64,000 bases of DNA from Eledone cirrhosa (lineage: Eukaryota). Position numbers and translations under genes: made by a program. The notes under the pieces were generated by a model that had not been told where the DNA came from, made no database searches, and saw only the letters and a list, made by a program, of their open reading frames with translations. Shown piece by piece: positions 1-10,585 of this stretch (position 1 is the stretch's first letter; each line of letters starts with the position of its first letter). The stretch is from the NCBI GenBank assembly GCA_964016885.1, contig OZ024753.1, positions 5,518,001 through 5,582,000 on the forward strand, in the 5' to 3' direction.

Positions 1-1084
1 CATACGCACCCCAATCCGGACTGCCCGGCACTATAAAAGACAGATTCTATGAGACACTGATGCTCACTACCTCCCAAATAACCGACAGTGACTATATAAT
101 TATTGCAGGCGACCTAAATGGTCACGTTGGACAACATTGTGACGGCTATGACGGAATCCATGGAGGCTATGGGTTCGGTACTAGAAATGAGGAAGGCTCC
201 AGAATCCTGGAATTCTGTGACGCAAATAACCTAACTATCTGTAACACTAACTTCAAAAAACGAGACAATCACTTGATCACCTATAGATCGGGGGAACACA
301 AGCCAGGTAGATTATATCCTTACCAGAAGACGTGACAGAGTGTCTGTTGTAAACACTAAATCCCTCCCCCATGAAGAATGCACCTCCCAACATAGACTGA
401 TAATTAGCGACCTCATAGTCAGGACAAGACGTACTAGACAGTAGAAGAGGACTATCCTCAGGAGAAAAATATGGAAGCTAAAGGACCCCACAGCCAGAAA
501 TAAATTTCAAAGCATATTACTTGATGCTTTCGACAGTAAGGAAGAGCAATTAGAGTCGTACAATATAGAGGAGCAGTGGGAATTCCTGAAAGCAAACCTG
601 CTGATGGCGGCAGACGAAGTCTGTGGCTGGAGCAGGCCTGTAGGCAGGAGGAGAGTAACATGGTGGTGGAACAGTAAGGTGGAGGAGTTAATTAAGGCCA
701 AAAAGCAGGCTTGGAAAGTATGGCGGGATGGGGGAAGTAGAGAAGACTATCAAGTGGCCAGGAGGGAAGCTAGGAGACAAGTGTACTTCGCAAGAAGGGA
801 AGCAGAGGAAAGAAAGTTCAAGCATGTTCTACAACGTGAGGACCAAAATCGTGAGGTGTTCAGGATTGCTAGGCAATGTGTCAAGGAAAACCGTGATATT
901 GTCGGAGAGAAGTGTGTACTTAATGATGATGGCGTACTTGCCATCACTGAGACGCTGATAAGAAGGAAGCTTGGAAGTGTCACCACAAAAGGCTTCTAAA
1001 TGAGGAGAATAAATGGGAGAAAGACAGTCTCCCCCACATCGACCCAATAGAGGGACCAGCAGTGTTAGTCGAAGGTAGTATAAT
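1..1084 (+). mobile_element. RTE-clade LINE, 5' part of a disrupted copy (C-terminal half of APE endonuclease and linker); runs off the window start
   Basis: Translates to YAPQ...IIIAGDLNGHVG...NEEGSRILEFC...NTNFKK (APE motifs) with frameshifts; from ~596 it is colinear with the RTE copy at 10586; interrupted at 1084 by an antisense RTE. Confidence 0.92.
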
Positions 1085-2885
1085 CATTATCATCATCATC
1101 ATCACCGTTTTACGTCCGTTCTTCCACGCTAGCATGGGTTAGACGGGTTGTCCTGTTGTGGGCAGTGTCTGGTCGGCTGACCATGCCTTGCTCATACAGG
1201 AACTGATCTGGCTTGATTTCTACAGCTGGATGCCCTTCCTAACACCAACCTCATTTACAGTGAGTGCTGGGTGCTTTTTCGTGGCGCCTACACGTCCACT
1301 TTACAGTGTGGGCTGGGTGCTTTTTTGCCGTGGCACCTCCACGACCACCTTGCGGTGGGGGGAGTGGGGGCATATTGTTTATATGCTTCAGCATGTACCC
1401 ATGGGAGGTCGGGTACCCTGTATTACTGCGTGACGCCAGAAGTCACGGTCGTGTGTCATTGACTTTGAGAGGTGTAGTTGGGTAAGGTCGGCTTTTATCA
1501 CCTCATCCCAAGTCATCTTGGGTCTCCCCACTCCGCGGTTTCCATCAACTTCTAGTGCTCTGCACCTTTTTATGCAGCTGTCATCCTTCATACGCATCAC
1601 ATGTCCATACCAGCGTAACCGCCTCTCCTGCACGCAGCATTTGATTCCTCTTATGCTCAGTCTCTCTCTCAATTCCTTTATGCTTTGTCGTTCACGTATA
1701 TTACTGTTACACATCCATCGGAGCATGCAGGCTTCGTTTCTCTCTAATCTACGTAAGTCTTCCACCTTCAGCGCCCAGGTCTCACTACCATGCAACATCG
1801 CTGTTCGGATACACGCATCATACAGTCTGCCTTTCATTCTGAGGGAGAAGCCTTTTGCAGCTAGCAGTGGTAGTAGTTCCCTAAACTTCTTCCATCCCGT
1901 TCTTACCCTAGTTATTGTACTTTCTGAGCACCCACCTCCGTTGCTAATTCGGTCACCTAGGTAGCAGAAGCTGTCTACTGTTTCTACAGGGCCCTCCCAG
2001 AGATTGGTGGTACTTGTTTACTGTGGCTGTTTGCTTGCTGTTTCAGCACAGCTGCTGCATGTGAATCCTACATTCTTAATTAAGCTTCCTGAGATCCCGC
2101 TACATCTCTTGTGTACCCATTGTTTGCATTTGGGGCAGAGAATGGAGTTCCTACCTACACCTTTCCTACATACTGAGCAAGGCCATTTCCCTGAGGGGAT
2201 CTGGGTTCTGTTTTCTCGTCTACTTACAAGGACCTTAGTCTTTGTCATGTTGACTTTGAGGCCCTTTCTCTCTAGTCCCTGCTTCCAGGTTTGGAATTTA
2301 TTCTCTAGTTCTACCATAGATTCAGCTATGAGTGCGAGGTCATCAGCATACAGGAGTTCCCATGGGCATCCGGTCTTAAACTCCTCCGTTATTGCCTGCA
2401 GGACTATGATGAACAGGAGAGGGCTAAGAACAGAGCCCTGGTGGACCCCAACCTGTACGCTAAATTCCTCGCTATACTCATTGCTAATCCTAACTTTGCT
2501 GACTGCTCCCCTATACATGGCTTGTACCGCTTTCACAAGCCATTCATCTACTCCTAGTTTTCTAAGAGCCCACCAGATTACTGCACGTGGAACTCTGTCA
2601 AAGGCTTTCTCAAGGTCGACAAATGCCAAGTAGAGTGGCTTACTTTTAGCTAGGTACTTTTCCTGTAATTGCCTCACAAGGAAGAGGGCATCAGTGGTGC
2701 CTTTCCCTGGTACAAACCCAAATTGCATCTCGTCTATATTCACCCGGTCCCTAATCAGCTGTGCTATAACTCTTTCTGTTACTTTCATGACCTGGTCCAT
2801 CAACTTTATACCTCTATAGTTTCCTCTATCTAGTGCATCGCCTTTACCTTTGTAGCAGTTGACAATGATGCTACTGCACCAATCT
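1085..2885 (-). mobile_element. 5'-truncated RTE LINE of a diverged subfamily, nested antisense in the first RTE
   Basis: Minus ORFs 2018-2803 (FVDLEKAFDRV, GVHQGSVLSP, LLYADD) and 1388-1837 (LRWYGHVMR, GRPKMTW); (ATC)n tail at 1085-1104; TATAAT duplicated at 1079-1084 and 2886-2891. Confidence 0.93.
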
Positions 2886-4943
2886 TATAATAAGTAAGGC
2901 AATCAAAGATATGAAGACGGGGAAGGCGGCTGGGCCTTCGGAAATAGTTGCTGAGATGCTGAAAGCCTCTGGAACGGTGGGACACACCATGGTCACCCGG
3001 ATAGTAAACCAAGTCATACAGAATGGGATTGTTCCGAAGGACTGGCGTAGCAGCATCATCATTAACTGTTACAAGGGTAAAGGAGATGCCCTAGATAGGA
3101 ATAACTATAGAGGCATTAAATTAATCGACCAGGTCATGAAGCTCACGGAAAAAGTAATAGCGCAACTAATCAGAGAGAATTGATCTAGATGAAATGCAGT
3201 TCGGGTTTGTGTCAGGCAAAAGTACCACCGATGCTCTTTTCATTGTACGACAACTACAGGAGAAGTACCTAGCTAAAAGTAAACCCCTATACTTAGCTTT
3301 TGTTGACTTGGAGAAAGCCTTCGACAGAGTCCCCCGTTCCATTATCTGGTGGGCTCTTAGAAAACTAGATGTTGACGAATGGCTTGTGAGAGCTATACAA
3401 GCCATGTATAAAGAAACAGTCAGCAAGGTTAGAATTAACAACGAATATAGTGAAGAGTTTAGCGTAAAAGTTGGTGTTCATCAGGGCTCTGTTCTTAGCC
3501 CCCTACTATTTATTATTGCCCTTCAGGCTATAACAGTGGAGTTCAAGACCGGCTGCCCATGGGAACTCCTATACGCAGATGATCTAACGCTCATAGCTGA
3601 ATCAATGGCCGAGCTAGAGAAGAAATTCCAAACATGGAAGCATGGCCTAGAATCAAAAGGCCTTAAAATTAACCTGGCTAAGACTAAAGTTCTAGTTTGT
3701 AGGAAAGAAAATAAGGCGCCGGTCCCTTCCGGGAAATGGCCATGCTCAGTGTGTAGGAAAGGCGTAGGTAGAAACTCCATTTTATGTCCCAAATGCAAAG
3801 TATGGGTGCATAAAAGATGTAGTGGGATCACAGGTAAGCTAACTAAGAACATAGATTTTACATGTGGCCGGTGCTCTGGTGCAATAAGTAGCAGCAAATG
3901 CCCACAAAATACTAGCTCTTTCAATTGCGCAGAGGGTTCTATAGAAATAGTGGACAGCTTCCGTTACCTGGGTGACAAAATCAGCAGTGGGGGAGGGTGC
4001 TCTGAAAGTACAGTAGTTAGAGTCAGAACTGGATGGAAAAAGTTCAGAGAGCTTATACCACTATTAGCCGCTAAAGGGTTCTCCCTAAAAATGAAAGGCA
4101 GGTTGTATGATGCCTGCATACGAACAGCAATGTTGCATGGCAGTGAGACCTGGGCATTGTGTGCAGAGGATATATGCAGACTAGAGAGGAACGAAGCTTG
4201 CATGCTCCGCTGGATGTGTAATAGTAATATACGTGAACGGCAAAGCATAAACGAACTAAGGAAAAAATTAGAAATAAGAGGGATCAGATGTTGTTTACTC
4301 GAGAGAAGGCTACATTGGTATGGTCACGTGATGCGCATGAAAGTCGATAGCTGTATAACAAAGTGCAGGGCAATAAAGATAGACGGTAGCCACGGAATAG
4401 GCAGACCTAGAAAAACCTGGGACGAGCTGATAAACTCCGACCTCACACACTTACATCTCTCCAAGACAATGTCACTGGACCGAGACCTTTGGCGGTACTC
4501 AGTAACAGAGAACACCCGCCTTACCTAAATACATAGTAAAACCTACTACAGCCAGTAGGCATCTCTAACAAAATACACCCCGTCCCACCACCACCACCCC
4601 ATCCACACCACCCGTTCTATGTAAAGTTATGTTGGTGCCGCGCCATCCAGGCCGAAACAAATGAGATCGTGTAGGTGTCACGACAAAAAAACACACAGTC
4701 CACGCTGTAATGTGGCCGTGTAGGCAACATGGTAAAAACCTCCCACTCCCACACTGTAAATGTGGTTGGTGTTAGGAAGGGCATCATCCAGCCGTAGAAA
4801 AGACAGTCAGACAGACAGTCAGTCAGTCAGTCAGTCCCATGCGAGCAAGACAACCACTCTTGCCTCAAGTGGGAAAACTCTCGTCCAAACCCATGCAAGC
4901 GTGGAACATGGACGTTAAACGATGATAATGATGATGATGATGA
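2886..4943 (+). mobile_element. RTE LINE, 3' part of the disrupted copy (RT, PHD-like finger, C-terminus, 3' UTR, (GAT)n tail)
   Basis: ORFs 2911-3183 and 3194-4528 joined by a frameshift near 3180; RT motifs QFGF, DLEKAFD, QGSVLSP, YADD; ends GGACGTTAAAC(GAT)n. Confidence 0.95.
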
Positions 4944-5482
4944 ACAACTCAATTATGACTAAGCCGACATAAAAACCAACTCGTATTAAAAACATTGAGG
5001 TCCCTGTAATACAATAGCAATTGTTGGCTTTTGGTTTATTCTCCAGTATAACATTGTCTATGATCTCTTGTAGTCTCCTCCGAAATAGAAATAAATCATT
5101 AAGTTGATGACAGAATTACTTAATAAATAATACACTGTAAAACACGGAATAGATACATGAGAAATTACAAGCTCTTAGAATTGCATCTATGCGATTCTAT
5201 TACGTCCGATTGTCAATAAACCTCAATTATTCACAATTTTCTGATTGTATTTACTATCAAACCAGTTTTTAAAGGAAATGATTTACTAAAGTGTATATGC
5301 ACACACATATATCGTATGCATGTGTTCAATCCAATCCAAAAGTGGAGTAGAGATTAGTTAGCGAGAATTAAATAGGCAGAACGTAAAAATCAAAGTTATA
5401 GTAAAAGAAAATACAACCAAAGTACTTGAAAAGGTGTTTATTTGTTTACAATTGTTTCAGAGGATACAATCACAATTTAATC

Positions 5483-5600
5483 CATTTCACCACCATAGGG
5501 GTTGAGCTGGCCAGCCGCAGGTGTGAGCCTTGTGAGTTGGAATGGCTCTTCCAGCGCATCTCCAGGGAAACGCCTTCTCCATCCTGTCCGCCGGGGCTGA
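5483..5600 (+). mobile_element. Relic of CRE-like non-LTR element C-terminus (restriction-like endonuclease region)
   Basis: FTTIGVE...ELEWLFQRIS and, after a frameshift, GNAFSILSAG, resembling the CRE-clade F.P.AVET...QR.S....RGNA motif. Confidence 0.55.
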
Positions 5601-6759
5601 GGGGAGGCCAGAACGTGGGACCCTATTTGTTCACCATACGGATTAATAGGCAAAATTATAAACTATTGTAAATAAACCTATCTTGATTGTTAAAAAAAAA
5701 AAAGGTGAATCATATCAATATTTAAATCAATAGTTCCACATGTTATTAAGAGCAAATCATTGCTTAACCTCTTCTTTAGAACGTACAAATAAAATTTAAA
5801 AAAATGTCACTTAGGGGGGAATTAAAACAAGGGTGAAAAATCATACCACTCCTTTTAACAGAAAAAATACCAATCCAGAAAGGTCCTATCATTTTTTTGG
5901 TGACAAATAGATCCCCGGTCATATTGCATTTGTCACCAAATATAAAATACTAGAATTTTTCCCCATACACTGACGCGTATGTGTATGCGGGTGAGTGTAT
6001 GTGCATATGCATACATTTATATGTATTAGTATATCAAAGGTATATATTGAGTTAGAAACTCAAAATAGTCTCTTACAATTAAATAGCTCAAGGAAAGAAA
6101 TTTTTCCGGGCCATATAATATAATTGAATATAAAAGAGAGATAAACACAGATATATACATATATGTGTTCAAATTGTAAGGGACCAGATTCGCTAGGGTG
6201 AAAAAAAAAACTAACTATGAACAATAGGGTTTGTCAGACTCAATTTAAAAGAATAAATTAAGAAAAAAAAAAAAAAATAATACAAACCGAAATTGCGATA
6301 TCAGACACCCAGACAGCTTTTGGTAATGCTGTTTCGCAATTTAGTGACAGGGAATTACCATTTCTATTGCTCTTCAGTGGGTGTGGAAATTAGTAAACCC
6401 TTCACTTCTAAGTATCTCAGAAGACTGAATGGTGTGCGTATATAAAATAACGCACATGGCATCCAGTGCCCAGTGTGTCTCGCAAAACGTATGCCACTAA
6501 AAATAGCAGTTAAGTTTACTCAACATTTAAATTAGCTCTACAGATTCAAGGAACCGAATATGTATGTGTATATAAATATGAATGTGCAAACAGACACACT
6601 TACTGACATACATTCACACAAACACACACATCGTAGTTTTTTCACTATAACCCCTCCTTTTACACACACATACATTCACGCAGGCAGCAGATGTAAAGAG
6701 AGAGGAGTAGTATGAGGTAGTCAAACTACTCCTCTCTCTTTACGTGTTGTGAAAGAATC

Positions 6760-6903
6760 GCAGAAATTTATATATAGATACTGAAGCGAAAACCAACTCA
6801 ATCCAAAGTGAGTGTGTTCTACTATATATTTCTGGCAATATTATAACATGACCCTCCCCAAATATAACAATAATTGTTTCAACACACGATTTCATATTAA
6901 AAA
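6760..6903 (+). repeat. Old diverged copy of the small element family seen at 22.3-22.8 kb and 53.2-53.6 kb
   Basis: Shares ACATGACCCTCCC..A.TATAACAATA...GTTTCAACACACGATTTCA; a shorter inverted partner lies at ~7434-7478 and another remnant at ~8815-8893. Confidence 0.6.
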
Positions 6904-8155
6904 TTTATATATATATTAGGTATGAATCGAAGTTGTAGCTGCCATAAAGCAGGTACTACTTGAGTTGTTTGAGGCAATCACAAAGCACTTGATAGAGTGG
7001 TTATATTAATAAATTACCGTCCAGAATAACTAGAACAGTTAAAAAATGTGATACCAAGAAAAACAACCGAAGGCAGTTGCCATACATACACCACAGCAAC
7101 GATAAATACAGAAAGGGAGAAGGGGCAAGCAAGAATGAAAGGCAAAGTTGACCTCGATGTAATTTCAACTGTTCACATAAAGACACGGAACAAATATAAA
7201 GCAATACATTCTTTTCTCCGACGCTCTATTGATACATCCTGTCTACCATCATTTTAAAAATAATTTCTCACAGTTATGTGATGTATTTTTTAACTAGTGC
7301 TTTATTTTATTATCCCAGAAGGATGATATGCAAAACTGAATTTAACGAGAACAGATGCCACAAATATTTTATTTGAATTGCAATAAAAGAATGCTTTTTA
7401 AATTTTTGGGCGGCGATCTATGTTTTGCAAGTTTTTTTTAATATGAAATCGTGTGTTGAAACAGATATTGCTATATTTAATCATTTTCCTTTTTAAGTAA
7501 CGATATCATAAAGGTATTTTGTACATAAAATTATTTGTTAAACATTGAAAAACATATAGAGAAACAACAAGATCCATCAAATACTTAAAGAGAATCAAAA
7601 TCCAAATCCAGGGACCTCTCACTCTCGTTGGAGGAACTCCTTCCTTGTTGACCTCCTATCTTCGGCCCCGTGGGGCTGAGGTATTGGGTCAGATCATCGC
7701 GCCTTCTGGCCTATCTTTTCTCCACTTTGTTACTCTAATAAACAACTTGTTTTCTTTGAAACGAGAGACGTGGTCAACTCATCTACATTTAACTTTCTTG
7801 ACACTCTCAATTATATCTTTCACGCAATTCTGCTCATTAAAGGGAAATAACTCCTTAAACAACCGAGTTAAGTTTCTTAAATTTTATTTTCTTGTTTCAT
7901 TTATTTATATTTTTCCATCTTCAGTATCATAAGTTAAATAGTAGCGATTACCAGTTTAATTCATCAAGTGACATTGTTAATTTAGTTTACAAATATCATT
8001 TTGAAAATAAAAATAAAATATATTAACTTAAAATAAGAATAAATAATGTTATAATGTCGTACTAAGGAGGAAGAAATACCATGAAAAACACATTGACTTT
8101 AGTGATAATCTCTTGTCTTTTCATTGTTACAAAACTCTACAAATATTAACATTAC

Positions 8156-8403
8156 ATACACTATTTAATAAGGTATATTTCTTTAGGTCGTTTTGGAAGC
8201 CTCAACAATGCAGATGGGTAAATCTCCGGTGGTGGAGAGAGATATGTAAGTGAATGTAGGTTGAGATGTGTAGTGTGAAGAAGAGTGTCTTGTTACCCGG
8301 AGATTTACCCATCTGCATTGTTGAGGCTTCCAAAACGACCTAAAGAAATATACCTTATTATTCCACAATGCTTCAAGCAAACTTCAATACACTATTTAAT
8401 AAG
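8156..8403. mobile_element. Small foldback insertion with perfect 64-bp inverted arms and a 17-bp flanking direct repeat
   Basis: 8166-8229 is the exact reverse complement of 8297-8360; ATACACTATTTAATAAG occurs at 8156-8172 and 8387-8403. Confidence 0.75.
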
Positions 8404-8514
8404 ATTTTCAACGAATAGAACAAAGAAATGAAAAGCTATTTCACTTACCAATATTGTTATACTTGGAGATGGTCATCCAAAGCCAAGAGGACGTTGGGGT
8501 TCCGATGAGCCAGA

Positions 8515-8652
8515 TTCTGAGCACCAAAACAAAGACATGGATTGGAACTTGGAATGTACGAACAGTATACCAAGCAGGAAAGCTGGCTCAGCTGCTGTGC
8601 GAGTTCGACCATACCATTTGGACATTCTGGGTGTGAGCGACATGTGCTGGAT
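8515..8652 (+). mobile_element. RTE LINE APE N-terminal relic
   Basis: IGTWNVRTVYQAGKLAQL followed, after a frameshift, by LDILGVS. Confidence 0.7.
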
Positions 8653-9045
8653 CCCCTGGTGATGAACATTTCAAAAAGATTAGATGGCAGCCAACATCAC
8701 TTGGCATGGACGTGAAAAAGCCACCACTATCGTGACCGTTGGCGACTAGTTATTGCTTGATGTGTCGAAGAAACTAAGACTAAAAAATGACGAACTAATG
8801 AATAACGTGCAATAAAGTTAAAGTGAAAATCATATGGCGTGTGTTTCTTTTTATTGGAAATACTGGCAACATGGCCATCCTCCAATATAACAAATCCATA
8901 ACATCACTGTGAAATATAACAATCCATGGGCGCAGATTTAAAGATTTCGAAACAATTACAAGCAAATACGATGAAGCAGATTACTTCGGTTTTAATGACA
9001 TAGTTTCATTCTTTATTTCATTTTCATTTTTTTTATATTGTTCAA

Positions 9046-9231
9046 TGGAAGGAAGGCACAGTAGAGGAAGCCCACGAAAAACATGGGCGGAGGTGGTGAG
9101 AACTGACCTAAGATCGCTGAAGCTCATGGAGGAGATGACAAAGGACTGTGACAAATGGAGAGATGCTGTGCTGAAGAGGACCCGTCCCACCCTTGCAAAC
9201 AGGGAAAAGCGGATGTAAAATGATGATGATT
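9046..9231 (+). mobile_element. Short RTE 3' end
   Basis: RGSPRKTWAEVVRTDL...WRDAV followed by GGATGTAAAA(TGA)n, matching the 3' end of the larger RTE copies. Confidence 0.75.
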
Positions 9232-9419
9232 GTAAACATTATATATTTTAATTGAGATCTGTTGAATAAAGGTTTTATTAGTAAAAATACAAAAAAGAAA
9301 AAAAAAAAATGCTGAAATTTTGAAAGAATGACAATGTTGCCAACATTTCTGACAGGGGTCATAAAAGAAACAATTACTCTGCTGTGAATTGTCCCAATTC
9401 TATATCAAGAATTGTTCTT

Positions 9420-9665
9420 TTAACCTCTTCAGTGCCGTAGATGATATAACTCATCCTAACCTGTATGCATTCCAGTGCCACGGACGAGATATCTTGGCCT
9501 AACATGTTTGAACTCTTTTCCAACAGTTCATAACTTCAAAGCTAGATGGGGTTACTAATTTATTGATGTGAAGTTTGTCAATCATTCAGATATGTATTGT
9601 TAATAAATGTTTGTTTAAAAAAATAGTCATTTTATTGAAAAAAAACCTGGCACAGCAACTGTAGC
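9420..9665 (+). mobile_element. End of a piggyBac-like non-autonomous element
   Basis: Begins TTAA-CCTCTTCAGTGCC; a homologous copy lies in reverse orientation at ~50385-50581, ending GGCACTGAAGAGG-TTAA. Confidence 0.55.
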
Positions 9666-9790
9666 TGTGTAAAATATATGTGACAGTCAACAGATTAAAA
9701 TCATTTATGAGGGAGAGAGTGGGTGTTGATTTGACAAATGGTGTGTTGTGTAATTATTCTGACACACTTATTTCTTCTTCTCTTCTTCTT

Positions 9791-10135
9791 TATCACCCAC
9801 TTATTCCTGAGATGGTTGTGAGGGCAGAGTCCTCAAACACTCCTTCCAGTGGGTCCTGTCAGAAGCAACCATCTCTAATTTATCTGGCTGGATCCCCAAA
9901 TGAAACCGACTGAGCTCATGGATGTTATCCAACTATCTTGCTCAGGATCTACCCCTGGGTCTCCTGCTGGTTGATTTTGCTTGTAAAATCAGTCCAGCGA
10001 TTCTTTCCAGAGACATTCTAACCACATGCCCATAGTATCGGAGCTGTGATCTCTCAATTCGGAGCAGTAGTGGCTTTACCTGGAGTGACTCTCTGATTTC
10101 CGAGCTATGCATTCTATTGAGTAACGTTACTCCAA
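9791..10135 (-). mobile_element. RTE (Expander/Rex3-like) ORF2 C-terminal relic
   Basis: Minus translation GVTLLNRMHSSEIRESLQVKPLLLRIERSQLRYYGHVVRM...RRPRGR with stops. Confidence 0.75.
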
Positions 10136-10585
10136 AGGAGTAAATTTACTATATCTTTATGTGTGTGTCTTTGTGCATGCATTTGTGTGTGTGTTTGTGC
10201 AAGTGTGATTAAAAACAAACAACTACTAACCCACTAAATAGTTGGTTATTCGTCCAACACCACCCCTTTCCAGAAATACAACCATCCAAACCACTGCCCC
10301 TCCCCCTTCCATAAACACAACCATCGAGACCCCTGGCTTTTCTTTACTAGTAAAAAAGTCCTGCCTGTAGGACAGATTTTTTCCACATTATCTCAATTCA
10401 TAGTTATTGAAAATTGAAAAAGCTGTTTATTTTTAATCTTCAAAAACCTTCTATCAAACAAAATTTTATGATAGAATCTGTATGTCCCAAACACCAGCTT
10501 CCATTTAACATTTACATTACTCTATATTTACTAATATATTTTCTTTGTAAAGGCTTTACTTCACATATCAAATCTATGCGATTTT

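Noticed and set aside
6713-6721. TGAGGTAGT matching the let-7 5' end
   Set aside because: Only 9 nt match and they lie in the hairpin loop, not an arm.
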